In this document: in pieces, positions 1 through 13,610 of the stretch | How the letters are laid out: each line of letters opens with the position of its first letter | Numbering within the stretch: position 1 is the stretch's first letter | NCBI GenBank assembly: GCA_030265395.1 | Contig: JARFYF010000064.1 | Span: 19,200,531 to 19,264,530, forward strand | Direction of reading: 5' to 3' | DNA from: Rhina ancylostomus | Lineage: Eukaryota | Length of the DNA stretch: 64,000 nt | The notes under the pieces: model-generated | Seen by the model: the letters and a program-made list of their open reading frames with translations, nothing else | Told to the model about the DNA's origin: nothing | The model's database searches: none | Made by a program: the position numbers and the translations under genes

Positions 1-153
1 AAGCTATAACAGAAATCAGAATAAAGTGTAGCAGTTACAGAGAAAGTGCAGTGCAAGCAGACAATATGGTGCAAGGCCACATTGAAATAGATTGTGAGAT
101 CAAGAATCCATCTTGTCGAACTAGGGGACCATTCAATAGACTTAACAGCAGGA
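1..153 (-). mobile_element. Rex1/Babar-type LINE 3' UTR fragment
   Basis: Its reverse complement resembles the 3' tail at about 19415-19540 (ctattgaat..gtccc...ttgacctcacaatcta...cttgcacc...tgcactttctct). Confidence 0.7.
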
Positions 154-350
154 TTCTTCCATTATTGTCAACTTAGCATTTGTTTTTGCACTACTTTAGT
201 TTGCACTGCTATACTTCACACTATTCTGTTATTTTTATGCTTGTCACTATATTGTTGTATTTATTATTACCATGTACACTGTTTACTCTGCAAGCTTCAT
301 GTGAGCAAGGAACTTAATTGCACCCTGGTGTGTATGACAATAAACTAACC
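154..350 (+). mobile_element. LINE 3' tail fragment (Rex/L2-like variant)
   Basis: Ends in attgcaccctggtgtgtatgacaataaac, similar to the gtacacgtgacaataa terminus of the Rex1 copy. Confidence 0.45.
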
Positions 351-680
351 CGAAATTTTAAAAACTGCTAATTTCCTTCGATAGTTCAAAATTACCTGAG
401 GAATTTACAACCCACTTTATAAAATGATAGCGATAAGTTGGATGAAAGCTACCCAGAAAGATCCTGCAATCACGGTAGTACGGATTTCAGCATTTACCTG
501 CTCTCTCATCGTTTCCCATGGTCATGGTTATGCCCCTTTCTCATCCTGTTTGTTTAAAATGTCTTGCTAATACTCAACAGTCCTGTTCCTTATCACCTGA
601 TTTATCTTACCATATCTCCATTTCAGCTTTTGTCTTGCACCTCACTCTCCCTCACGCCCCCAACCCCAAGCAGCTCTGCT

Positions 681-1096
681 TTAGAACAGAACAGTACAGC
701 ACAGGAGCAAGCCCAGGTTGAATATGATGCCAAATTAAACTAAATCTCTTCTGCCTGCATATGATCCATATCCCTCCATATTCATGTGTCTATCTAAAAG
801 CTACATAAACAGCACTATTATATCTGCATCCCCCACTACCTTTGGCAGCCTGCTGCAAGCACCTACCACTCTGTGTAACAAAACTTTCCCCCCTCACCTT
901 AAACGCATGTCCTCTAGTCTTTGACATTTCCACCCTGGGATAAAGATTTTGACTGTCTACCCTATCAATGCCTCTTGTAATCTGATAAACTACAATCAGG
1001 TCTCCCCTCAGCCTCCGACACTCCAGAGAAAACAACACAAGTTAGTCCGACCTCTCCTTATAGCTCATACCCTCTAATCCAGGCAGCATCCTGGTG
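681..1096 (-). mobile_element. CR1 (HER1-like) LINE 3' end
   Basis: ORF 790-1038 LFSLECRRLRGDLIVVYQITRGIDRVDSQNLYPRVEMSKTRGH is the typical CR1 ORF2 C-terminus, followed by a CR1 3' tail. Confidence 0.9.
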
Positions 1097-1139
1097 CTGC
1101 AAGCATTCTGCTTTGAAAACCGTAAATTTTTCAAAATTT

Positions 1140-1380
1140 TTTTTTAAACTTACAGCATGGTAACAGGCCCTTCTGGCCCAATGAGTCCGCACCGCTCATT
1201 TTAAACCCATGTTAACCTACCCGTACGTCTTTGCAATATGGGAGGAAACTGGAGCACCCAGAGGAAACCCACGCAGACATGGGAGAACGTACAAACTCCT
1301 TACAGACAGCGACGGGAATTGAACCCCGATCGTTGGCGCTGTAATAGCATCACGCTAACTGCTATGCTACCACGCTGCCC
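1140..1380 (-). mobile_element. tRNA-derived V-SINE (HE1-like) with CR1-type tail
   Basis: Minus strand has a pol III head (tggtagcatagcagtt; ggttcaattccc), the V-domain gggtttcctctgggtgctccagtttcctccca and the tail gggccagaagggcctgttaccatgctgta. Confidence 0.88.
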
Positions 1381-1384
1381 CAAA

Positions 1385-1570
1385 GGTTTACCGTACTGTA
1401 AACCTTCTACTCTCTCCACCCCCACTTCCTCCCCTCAGTTCTGAGGAAAGGTTGCTGACCCGAAACACTGACTGGTTTCTTTTTCCACGGTTGCTACGTG
1501 ACAGGCTAAATTCTTCCAGCATTTCTGTTTTTATTTCAGGTTCCAGCATCTGCAGTTTGATTTGTTTCTC
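1385..1570 (+). mobile_element. Penelope-like element terminal repeat fragment with decayed hammerhead motif
   Basis: cagttctgaggaaaggttgctgacccgaaacactgactg ... ttccagcatttctgtttttatttcaggttccagcatctgcag; the same tail recurs several times in the window. Confidence 0.7.
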
Positions 1571-4442
1571 AAACTATATGGTTATTAAGTTGGCAGACAC
1601 AAGGGGATATGAGTTTTCACAAGATCGAAGGTCGGCAAGAAGGATGGTGTAAGAATGGGTGTGAGAGTAGCAATGGAAAAGCAGGATCAATTAAACAGAG
1701 ACTGTGATAGTAGCCTTCCTATGTAATAGCCTTTTAATGTAACTGATACATTGCCTTCTTTGTGAAGGCAGTGTGTTATTTGTCTAGGGGAAATAATAGA
1801 AAACAATGGCCAAACCACCATGAGGTGCTGATCTGGGGCTAAAAGGTCACTTAGATTCTTAAGTGGCACCAGCATTTTTGACTACTAGAGCCATTGGAAT
1901 CAGGCAGATTCTACTGTCGACCGTACATGGACGTTAAATCACCTTTGTCTGAGGATTTAGGGATAAGCACATAGAAGGAAGTTCACAAAGGCTTAAAGGT
2001 GGGCATAGGAAGACAAAAAAGAGGTAGACATAGTGAACTTAATATCACTCCTGTCTTAAGGTTGTGAGCAACTTGTCAGCTATCACCTACTATTAAGTAT
2101 AGCAGCATTTAACTCTTGATCTTGTGCACAAACTACTAACTGCTGCTCATTTTGTCTTGAAGGGTGGTTCAAATCTTATATTTGCTTTTGCTTTTAAGCT
2201 ATACTACTTCATTAAAGTGACATAGCTGAAATCTTTAAAATCATAAAAAAGCCTCAATAGGAGAAATGCAGAAAGATGCCTACCCTTGTGGAAGATCCAA
2301 AAATAGCACTAATAAATTCAGTTACTAATATATTCAAAGTATTCTGGTGATTTTTTTTATTCGTGAGTTTAGAATGTGGAAACTGGGATCACATGCAGTA
2401 GCTCAGGCATTATAGATGACTTTAATATATGTGGGTGGGATGAATACATTGGCAATTGTAGAAATCCAAGACTCAGAGACATACTGCAGCTGAGTTTTGC
2501 TGGGATTCTCCAGTTGAGAAAATCACCTACAAGAAAAACTCAAGTCAGGCAGCATCTGTGGAAAGAGGTGTCAATGTTCTGGGTCTGTGACACTTAACCT
2601 CTCTGATATTACACAAGGTCAGACCTAAAACTGGATTAGAAACTTCAGATTTCAATGAGCTTTCAGATTAGGAGGCAAAGGGGGAGACAAGTAATTTTCT
2701 TTCTAATTATTTTAATTTAATATTTTAATTACTTCTAAGTGATTTAAGAAGTGCACAATATAAAGCATTTTTTAAAAAATTGCTTAATTGAGAGCTTTTA
2801 AATGTCTCTGAATGTCAAAGGCCCAATCATCACTGAGACCTCAGTGTCCGAGTGTAGGGTGTATTGGACGAGCAAGATCAGCCTTCAATAACTGGCCAGA
2901 AAAGTCCTGGGCACATTGACCAGGGGCAAGATCCAGCATGATCCCGCTCACTTTGTCAAATTCAGGAGTATTGATAACCTGAAAACTGAGCTATCTTTTC
3001 TCCGTGTGAATAATGGCAATCTGTGACCACTTACTGAAATACACTGTTTGCACTAATGATTCACTTCGGGTGCATGGGTAACTGGACCAGTCTTGATACT
3101 ATTATGTTATGCACATCTGCTCTTTCACTATGAAGTTCAAACCATTTCTTGTGGTCTTCTTGTCTTTTTTTTAAAATAATTTTTATTTTCACATGCAAGG
3201 ATCTGTTTCCTTTCACTGGATATAATGAAGGCTATTCATGATGAGGAGTGCGCTTATAACTTGTGGTACTTCAAAACCTAATCTAATAGGAGAGTCATTC
3301 ACATGCCTCCTGTCACCCACCTTCCTTCAAACATGTTCTCAAAATCTATTTTCTTCTGAGCATACACCAGGCTACATTACCATCTCCCAAGATTTTTGGA
3401 TATTAAGTGAACCACAAGTTACATTGTTCATGCAAGAAAGTGGCACTAAGGTGCAAGATCAGCCATGAGTTGCTTGCCTGGGAGAGCAGGTATGGAGCAG
3501 CCAAATGGCCTGTTCTGTTTCCATCTCTTTTGACTTGTGTTCTCACATTGCCTAGTGTTCAGATAACTTTGTCATTCACTGGGATATACTAATCTGCTAA
3601 CGTATCCATCAAAACACAAGCTGCTATACCAGAAATAATAATTTCTCCAAACTGTCTTCATATTGTAACAGATTACAATAATTTATACAAAAATTAATCT
3701 GAACATTATTAGAGAGAGGTCAGATTTCTATTTTACTTCCTTTTAAATTATCTTTTGTTTACTAATTCAATGTTGTGGCCTTTTTCCTCAGAAGTTTCAA
3801 AAGGCTTATGCTGCAGAAAGCAGACCTGCCTTATACATCCACTTAACTGCACTCAGATAGGTAACTTGTCTGCAGGAGCAGAATTTAGAGCTTATAGCTG
3901 ATCAAAAGATTTGAATACTCAGCCTTATATTTTGGTCAATTTTCATCAAAATTCATTTTATAACTGGAAATTAACTGTAAAACTGGAATCTTAAAAAAAT
4001 CTGACACATTTTGAAAGGATACTTTCTTGCTGTAGAGATAATTTAGGACTCCTTTTACAGTACTTTCCTTCTGCTTGCTCTTATATGCCTCCAATAATGT
4101 CACTTACTAATCTAGTGGTCAGAAGCATGGCACAAGAGGAACTAGGCATACTTCTGGATTAATGCTCACTATAGTGAAGATATTGATTTCTGTTTACTAT
4201 GTAAAGGCCAAGTCTAGAATTTTGAGTATGCAGGGTCAAGAGTATGAAAACATATTTCATTACTGCTTGGCTCTAGAGTCTGTTATGTTAAAAGATGTTC
4301 TATAATGTTTAAATGCTACTGCCATACCATCATTATAGGATTTCAGATGACTTGTGCATCAATGCCTATATCCTCAATTTTATTTTATTTGCAGAAATTT
4401 AATGAGTAATATTATTGCTTATTCCTAGTAGCATGAACTTAC

Positions 4443-4667
<225 letters not shown>

Positions 4668-6349
4668 TTAAAAAATCATTTGTTTACAAAATGAAAATAA
4701 ATACAAAGGAAAAAGACTGAAGAACATTAAAATTTGTATAAATGGCTCAAATCATATAGCCTCATCAAGCTGGTTGTGACATTTGCTGCAGTAACCTTGA
4801 ATATTGTAATGAAATGAAACAGGAGTACTGGAACTGCAATGAAGAACTGCACATTAATTCTCATTTCATTGTGAAAGTCTTTGAAACAAGAAAATTCTGA
4901 ATGAATTGTGCACTTTCACACTTAAGTTTTGTATTAATGCCTCACATAGTATTCAAAGTAACCAAATGCTTCATCTGAAAACCCTTGAATGTCTTCTGTG
5001 GCCAAACCCAAGCAAATGCTAATCTAGTATACGACAAGCAATTCCTCCATCATCCAACTGCACAGCTTATTTAGTTGCTTTCTGCATCATGTCATTGTTC
5101 CTAGATATAAATATCACTCTCAGGACCTTTCAAATAACAAGGCTGGGAATTAAATTGCTAAATCTAGGCTGATGCAGTAAAAGCCCTTCAGGCTAGAGAA
5201 ATAATTTCCGAAAGCTGATTCCAATATACGACAGATTTCACTGCCAAACTAAAGTGACACGACGTTTTTCATCAGGCAAGTTAACTGCCGCATGCCTTAT
5301 GGCCAGACCACTTTCTCTGATAGAAGAAGGTCTTCAGGACTACTAGGCTTCCTGGTTAATCCCTGCTCCCATCACTGGCAGTGACAAAACCAGTAACTGA
5401 ATTTTACACTTTCCTTCTGATGCTATTTATACATTATATTTTAAAAGAAATAAAATTATTTTCCAACTTGCTTACCCACAGATATTTAACATATCCATGC
5501 TTCTCTCAAAACTTGTACAAGTCCAATGTGTTTTCCATTAAGTAGACTGCCCATCTTAAAGAAGCCATTTTCTAAGAGTAATTTGAGTGATTTTCATACT
5601 TGTGTTATGAATGAAGTTATCCATTTATGCAAATAAAAATCGACCTGGAATACTTTAATAATGCTAATTAAATGCAATTTTTCAGATCTAACTTTATCAT
5701 TTGCAATATATCTAGAGTTAATTAGTTTTCATTGATTGCACCTTGTAATTCTTTTCCAATTGATCAATATTTCATATTTTTATAAGCCTCAAAATAGAAC
5801 TACTAAAATTCCACTTTGGGGATGCAGCCTGTTCCCCACATCTATTTTTCTCCAAATTAGCAAACATTTAGGGTGCAATTATATCACCATTTTTCAGTCA
5901 ATGCAAAACAGTTTACATTTGAGAACAGCAGGAAACAGGAGTTAATTCAACTCCAAAATGCATTTAGTAAAATTCCTGGGGGAGGGCTTGCATATTTTGG
6001 ACTTTGAGATCTGGCACTGTGAAACTGGAGCTTGGGGGATATTGTACTGATCTACACACATGTTGAGAATGCATTTACTGTCTGTGGTCTCAAAGTAAAC
6101 ATGTTGGTCAAGGTATGGGACCGATGAGCCAGAGATGGTGATTGTAACTGACAAACACACAGAACTGAAATAAATTCCATAATTCCGGCAATTTTGGCAT
6201 TGTTACCAGAAAGAAAAATGGCAAGTACAGCAGGATTGATATAAAAACTAAACCAAAGACAGGGAAGGAGACCTGTTTGGTTGGCTTGCATAGAACAGTA
6301 CTGCAACGTCAATACACAAGGCAATGAAACTGGTACTACTGGCTGTGGA

Positions 6350-6680
6350 ATGGACTTTTGACCTCACAGTCTAGCTTGTTATGACCTTGCACCTTATTAT
6401 CTGTCTGCACTGCACTTTCTCTCTAACTGTAACACTTTATTCTGCATTCTGTTATTGTTTTACTTTGTACTACCTCAATGCACTGTTGTAATGAAATAAT
6501 CTGTACGGAAAGTTTTTCATCGTACTGCAGTACATGTGATAATAANNNNNNNNNNNNNNNNNNNNNNNNNNNNNNNNNNNNNNNNNNNNNNNNNNNNNNN
6601 NNNNNNNNNNNNNNNNNNNNNNNNNNNNNNNNNNNNNNNNNNNNNCATCGTACTGCAGTACATGTGATAATAATAAACCA
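6350..6680 (+). mobile_element. Rex1/Babar-type LINE 3' UTR fragment (spans an N gap)
   Basis: ttgacctcacagtctag...gaccttgcacctta...gtacatgtgataataa, homologous to 19450-19655. Confidence 0.75.
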
Positions 6681-8394
6681 AATTAATCAACCCATGCCTT
6701 GAAGTTTCAAACAAAAAGTGGAGCACAACTACAGCTAACAGGTCCTTTCATACTCTGAACAGAGGTATTTACTATAGTAGTCCTCATACAAGTCAGATGG
6801 AGTTGGTACTTCAAGTGGTGGAGAGATCCAACTTCATCTCATCAACAACTCCTGTTGAAGTTGCTATTGGTTTTATAAAACTTTGCTAATTGGCAGTCTA
6901 AACAAAAAGCCCACTTGCACAAATATTAGGCCTCAAATATCACAAAACAATTGTTTATTAATCTGTTAGGTACAATTTAGCCAAGGGGCACAGATGTAAA
7001 AGCCTCACTACCTGATCAACCTCTGACTAAGAAATTAAGTCTGATCTCTACTGTGCAACCTTAAGTGCATACATTGTATTTATTTTCATTTTATAAAATA
7101 ATCTGATGGAAAACTCTGACTTCCTCTCCTCTGCTTGTGAAGGTGCAGAATCTGGCTGAAATATTGTTTGCAAAGCAATGCATCTCTCTGCCTTTTCCTT
7201 CGATCAACCAGTCTTTGTATGTGAGCTTATGGAGTGTGCACCATGGGCAAATAATTATCATTTGCCTGAGGTTGATCCTGATAATAGGTACTACCCCTGC
7301 AGAAACAAGATCAAATCACAAAAGCACACAACTGGAATATGTTGCAAATTCAATAGTTTAAAACGTAACTTTTAAATATCAGATTTTTCTTAGTTAAAAC
7401 AAAATATTTGAAGCATGCTTCTGAAAGTGCATGTGATAAAATTTGTACATAAAAATATAATGTATTCAGACAAATAAAAGTAGCAACAGGTATTTTATGA
7501 AAGAAATCATATGGAGATGTTTTTAAAATAATAAAGCAGGTTTTTGTTAGTTATTAAAAAGATGGCTAGCACTGGTGAACCAGCAGGTTGCCATTGTTCA
7601 ATGAAATTTTTTTTGTAAACAAGGCTTAGTTCTGACCCAGCTGACATAGTTTTGTGACCCTGTCAATGTTCAGGAGCTCTGTGCGAGGGATGGAACGACA
7701 CAGGACCCTAGTATTTGTTAATATTTAATATGTTTTTGCTAATAAATTACAACCACTTCCCCCCCCCCCCCCCCAAGCTAAATCCAAATGCGTCTGTGGC
7801 AGTTGCTTTGGGGGGGTGAGCTCAGGGANNNNNNNNNNNNNNNNNNNNNNNNNNNNNNNNNNNNNNNNNNNNNNNNNNNNNNNNNNNNNNNNNNNNNNNN
7901 NNNNNNNNNNNNNNNNNNNNNNNNNNNNCCAAGCTAAATCCAAATGCTTCTGTGGCAGTTGCTTTGGTGGGGTGAGCTCAGGTACTTGTGCTGCACAACT
8001 TGTGTGGGCAGGCAAATCCATCAGGTACAGTGCACACCTCTTCACTATTCCCCCACCCACCATTGTGAGATGCAATACTCAATCTGGGTTTCAGTACTTT
8101 TAGCTAGGTTTGTGCAAGTCATGTTGTAATTACAATGGCTTATTTAGTATTTACAGACATTACCCATTTAACTGAAAAATTTCTGCATGTACACATTGGG
8201 AAGTTACAGTTGACTGTGGTAGTATTCCTGCCTCCACTCTCAACACAGGAACAAGGAGACTAGTGGGACACAGAAGTGTTGCAATTTCCTAACACTTACA
8301 ATGAGGAAGCTGCTTGAATATTTGGCACCCAGGTCATTAAAAGTTATCAAGAAATATTCAAACCACTTGTTTTTTTTTGACTATCAAAATGGAT

Positions 8395-8945
8395 AATTGT
8401 CATGTACAACTTTATAAAACATCAGTTAGTCTGCACCTGGGGTATTGTGTGCCGTTCTGGTCAACAGACTATAGGAAGGATGTGATAGCGATGGAGAGGG
8501 TGCAGAGAAATTTCATCAGGATGTTGGCTGGTTTGGAGCATTTCAGTTATAGGGAGAGACTGGATACACTAGATTTGTTTTCCCTGGAGCCAAGGAGACA
8601 GAGAGGTGACGCGATAGACATATACAAAATTATGAAGGGGACTGTTAGGGTAGATAGTAAGAATCTTTTTGTCGGGGGGGTGGGGTATCTAAGACAAGAG
8701 AGTAGGGGGGAAATTGAGAGGGGATTTTTTCCACATACAAGGTGGTTAGAGTCTAGAATGCACTGCCTGAAGAGGTGGTGGTGCAGATACTCTCACAACA
8801 TTTAAGCATCAAGACAAGTACTTGAATCAAAGGCATAGAAGGCAATGGTCTCAATGCAGGCAAATGGGATTAATGCAGGTAGGTACAATGGACAGCACAG
8901 ACATGGTGGGCGGAACTGCTGATTTCTGTGCTGTATGGCTATGAC
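8395..8945 (+). mobile_element. CR1 LINE 3' fragment
   Basis: ORF 8377-8805 QLYKTSVSLHLGYCVPFWSTDYRKDVIAMERVQRNFIRML...LFSLEPRRQRGD is the CR1 ORF2 C-terminal region. Confidence 0.9.
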
Positions 8946-10630
8946 CCAATAACTAACATTTCATGTTAACAACTTTTTAGCAGCTCTGCTTCTACCTCTA
9001 AATGCTTCTTGACTTATGATTTCCAGCATTTGCTAGTTCTCTTTCAGATTTTCAGCATCTGCTATAATCATGCCTTCCTATTTTGTCTATGGCTGGTGTG
9101 CGATATCAAATCAGCAATTCCCTATATGGCAAATTATTAGTTTTAACCATGTTACTGAGATTAGATAAGCCTAAAAATAAAACCATCAGCTATGATTAAT
9201 TTTGGGCTAGGTGTATAATTCACATATTACAACAGCAATAGATTTATGAAAACAATTTACTCAGGAGATCAAGGACAGCAAAAGTCATGCTGCGTGGAGC
9301 ATTCCCAAATTTGATATGGTGCACTGCAGGGCTCCGTCTGCATCGTATTACTTCACTGAACAGTGTTCCAACCCCTCTCTGTTAGTCCCCTTACATTTTT
9401 CTATCCACTGTAAATTTGAGGATTGACTGTAGCTGTTGATTTAAGATCAGTCAGGCAGTGTTGTATGACAAACAGCAGATAGAGAAGTCTGTGTGTAGCT
9501 GGGCACATACAGGGACAGTGTTATAAGTCAGACAGTAGAACCTGGCTAGAATATTTAACACAAGGACAAAAATTAGCTTAATAACTAATCAGGATAACTG
9601 TTTAAAAGAGAAAGCACTTAAGCAATTACTAGGATCATAAATCACACACTGTATTCCCAACACTTTCAATTTTGAGAGTTTCTTTTAAGAAATGCAGTTA
9701 TTTTTGGAGACACTAATGTCTTTTTGGCACTGCTTTACATCAGAGTACTATACATCTAATTCCATTACCTCAAGAAGCACACCATGAAGGCCACCACAGC
9801 TTGTCTCTGACCTTTTCACTGTCAGTGTGGAGCAGCTGCATCAATGCTAATCAAATATATTCCTTTACTTGGATAATCAGACTCTGAGCTACCCTGATGC
9901 AGACAGGACAATGGCATAAAAAATACAGCACTGTCAGTCATTAGTATGAAAAGCACAAAGTGAGGAGAAACAAACAGAAATTAGTGCAAGATTATTGTGT
10001 CTCAATATTTAAAAGTTAACATTTGAACGTTTTAGTTACAACTTTTACATTAGATTTTCTTAGTTTAGTAAATGCAAGAAATATACTGAGGTTCCAGTTT
10101 AAAAAAAACCATGAAAGATTAATTATGTATACTTAGTAACAACAGGAGTGTATTTCAAAAGCTGTTTTTAACCTGTAGTGATGGTGGTACAGTTTGTTAT
10201 GTTTTAGTAAATCCTTAAAGAACTAGACCATCCTTCAGGCAAGATGGATGATCAATTCAGTTCATTCAACAATAACAAATTTCCACATTGCTCCTGACAA
10301 GGAAGAAAGCAGCAACTTCAAGTCTTTCTTGAGCTCACCATGAGGAAGAAGTGTTGAAAACAAGTCCTCAAGATCTCTATTGTATTTGCATTTGGTCAAT
10401 TAATCAGTCAGACACCCAACACAATGACTAGATGAATAGTTCATCAGTAAACATATTCCAGCACTTTGTTTAATATTAAAAAGTATTAATTTTAAGAATC
10501 TGCAGCTTGATATCTATTTCCAAAGCCCTGAATTCTTATTTTCTCCAAGTACCATCTAAAGCCAACAAAATTAAAAGATATTGTAAGATTAACACTAACA
10601 CCAACTGATTGTACTATTCAAAACCAGATA

Positions 10631-10882
10631 CAGGCAGTCCTGGGTTAGGCAAGGGTTTCATTCCTGAGAACTGTTTGTAAGTCAATTTCTTTGCAACTCA
10701 GAAATGTCCGTCTTCTTCCTCTACCCATATTGTCTCACCCTACATATACTCGCTATAATTTCTCACACACACACAGTATCCAGTCACTTATAAATACCAT
10801 GAAACATTTTATTATTACTAGCTTAAAAAATGCACGGGAGAATTTGCGTAAAGTCAGGCTCCCACAAGTCAGGCCACCCCTG
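10631..10882. mobile_element. Tc1/mariner (Tigger-like) MITE
   Basis: TA|CAGGCAGTCCTGGGTTAGG ... cgtaaagtcagg...aagtcaggccacccCTG|TA: imperfect terminal inverted repeats with TA flanks, about 250 bp, non-coding. Confidence 0.65.
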
Positions 10883-12129
10883 TATTCTTAATTTTCTTCA
10901 GTTTTCAAGGCCTCTTTACATGTTACAAACAGAAATAACTTGCTTAGCAAAGGTGCTGGCACATCTTCAGAGTACAATATATTGATGTTAATTTTTAAGC
11001 AAGTGGCATACTTCCTATTAAAATTCAAACCTCTAGAAGGGGAGGCCTGAACTTGTGTATAATCACACACGGGCACGTTCTTGGGCCAGAAGATATAAAC
11101 CTCCTGCCAAAAACTGACTTGTTAGACTCTGATGGCAGCTGCAGAATAACTGCACCCTTACAAAAAGGTTTGTTCTCTGGCTGGAGCACATTTATCCACA
11201 AACACACACAGGGAGCAGCTGCCTAATAAAATCCAGGAAGCCAAGAAGACTATTTTTGAACACTTTGTAGGCCTTCAACAAGAATTATATCAAGAATTAC
11301 TCTGTTATCTTATAACTATGTTAGATTAATTGAATTGGTTAATTTACTCTTAAGAATCACCAGATGATGCTTATTACTGCCATAATTTATGTTGTTCACT
11401 GTAATGCGTCTTTTATAATCATTTTGTAATACTAAATTGAAAATACAACATGTTTAATTACCTTTCCTTCAGGCAAACATAAACGGAAATGTCCAATGTC
11501 TTATGAATGGAATACTCATACTCATCTGGTTCTCATTCATAACAGAACTTTTTCTTGCCTCTTCTTCAATACCACCAGTAAGGCTTCAACCCTTGTGCTC
11601 ACTCCACCTGCTTGTCTATGGTAACTGGAAATGAAATGTTACTTGAGGGAACCTCCTTCATGCAACGAGATGCTGCCTACTTCATGAATGCCATCTTAAA
11701 AGTAGCCTGGCACACATAAGTCATTGTCATATTTACATCTACAATTCTATCTGTAGTAGATTGTAGACTCAGTGAGACCTCATTAGAGATATGCAGATGT
11801 CTCACGGATAGTTCCTCATGGAGGCTCAAGTAGAAGAATTGAGTATGGCCTCCTGCCGAAAATCCTTCTCCATCTCTTTCTTTTCTGAGCTAGGTCTTCC
11901 AGTGTGTGGGTTTTGCTTATTCTGCGAGCCATACACCATTTCATGGGGATGTTCCTATTTGGGAGCAGCTGGTCTACATGCAAACCTTCTAGACAGCAAA
12001 AAGTACTTCAGTCCCCAAAACAGCAGTCTGTAGACTTTTAAAATGACTAAGGATAGCACCAGCAGTAAAGTTGTAGCAACTCAAAGAAAATTAACAACCA
12101 GCTGAGACACTACCACAAGAGAGCTTCAG

Positions 12130-13610
12130 AATATAAAAAACAAAAGCTGAAGCAGGCCAATTGGCTTCTGGTGTCTGTTCTGCCTTTCAATAACATGAGT
12201 GATTTTCTTACCTCAGTGCCACTTCCCTGTACTTACTCCATATCCCTCAATTCCACTAATACCTAAAAATCTATGATTTTCGGCTTGAATATACTCAGCT
12301 GAGTTACACAGCCCTTTTGGGAACAGAATTTCCAAAGAAATTTCTTCTGAATTCAGTCCTGAAAGGCTAATCTTTATTTTGTGACAGTGATCCCTGGTCC
12401 TGGACATCTCAGCAATCGAAAACATCATTTCTGAATTTACTCTGTCAAGCCATTTTAAGAATTTTATTCAATAACCTCAAAGTGGAACCTCATGAAAGCC
12501 CAAATACATCACATCTTTTTGTCTCCATTGCCCATTCTGCTAGTTACTGCCCCAGACTACACTCATAGATTTGTCAAATATATTGTCAAAGATTTCTCTT
12601 TCCCAGATCCCAAGCCCAATCCTATTATTTTCAAAAGTACAGTTTCTACTTACTAATAAATTCCAACATTTTCCCTACAGCTGACGTCAGGCTAACTGGT
12701 ACACAGTTCCATTACCTCCCTCCCTCCTTGTTCAAATAAGGAGTTTATATTTGCTACCATCCGAAAATAGATGGAATTTTAGAAAATTCCAATCAGTGCA
12801 TCTCCATAACCCCTCCCTCAAAATCTTAGGATGCAGGTGATAAATCTTATCACCTCCCAGTCCAGCTCATTATTCCAATAGTAGCTATTTATTAATGCTA
12901 CTTTCTTGGAGTTCATCATTCACATTGCACCTGTATTTCACTACCATTTCCAGAAAGTTTTCAGTATCTTCCACAAAACAAGCACAAAAAGTATTTAATT
13001 TCTCCGGCATTTCCTTACTTCCCAATATAATTTCTCCCGCTCAGTCTGCCCGTCCATTAATGTTTGCTAATATTTTCCTCTTTACACATCTGCAGAGACT
13101 TGCTTTTGATTTGTCTTGCCAGAATACTTTCATATTTTACTTTTCCTTCCTTTATCAATGACTTCTTCATCCTCTACCGAATTCTGAAATACTCAAGCAT
13201 TGTTTGTTTTGGTAACATTACAAGCCTTTTCCTTTGGTCTAACTCTACTTTTAAACTTCTCTTGATAGCCACAGCCAGGTCATTTTTCCTGTTTGTTTTG
13301 CCTTCATAAGGGGTACATACGACTTAGCAATAGCTTGTTATTGCTATGTCTTTTAATGAAGTTGCCCACTCTACCACAGCCAATTCACACCTCATGCCTT
13401 GGTTATTTGCTTTATTCAGATTTATGATCCCGATTCCAGATTGAACTAATTCACTTTCCATTTTTATATAAAATTCTATAAAATCATATTCACAGGTCCC
13501 CAAAGGTTCCTTAATTACCAGAACACCAATTAATTCTTTCTCATTGCACAATACCAGATCCAAAATAGCCTGTTCCCTTGTTGGTTCCGCAACATACTGA
13601 TCTAAAAAAA
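12130..13610 (-). mobile_element. Old, internally deleted CR1 LINE (endonuclease region to 3' tail)
   Basis: ORF 13324-13647 FLDQYVAEPTREQAILDLVLCNEKELI...EPLG resembles the CR1 APE endonuclease; ORF 12213-12428 (SRTRDH) and the CR1 tail lie at about 12130-12430. Confidence 0.8.

Noticed and set aside
1300-1380. tRNA-like A/B boxes (also at 21505 and 39463)
   Set aside because: These are SINE heads continuing into the V-domain, not tRNA genes.
1-4442. Next PARG exon (PTGLVTF...) expected downstream
   Set aside because: Not found by eye; it presumably lies beyond the left edge of the window.
11460-12110. Purine-skewed minus-strand stretch that looked like a decayed gene or exon ending at a GTAA donor
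   Set aside because: My best reading frame has multiple stops and no recognisable protein family.
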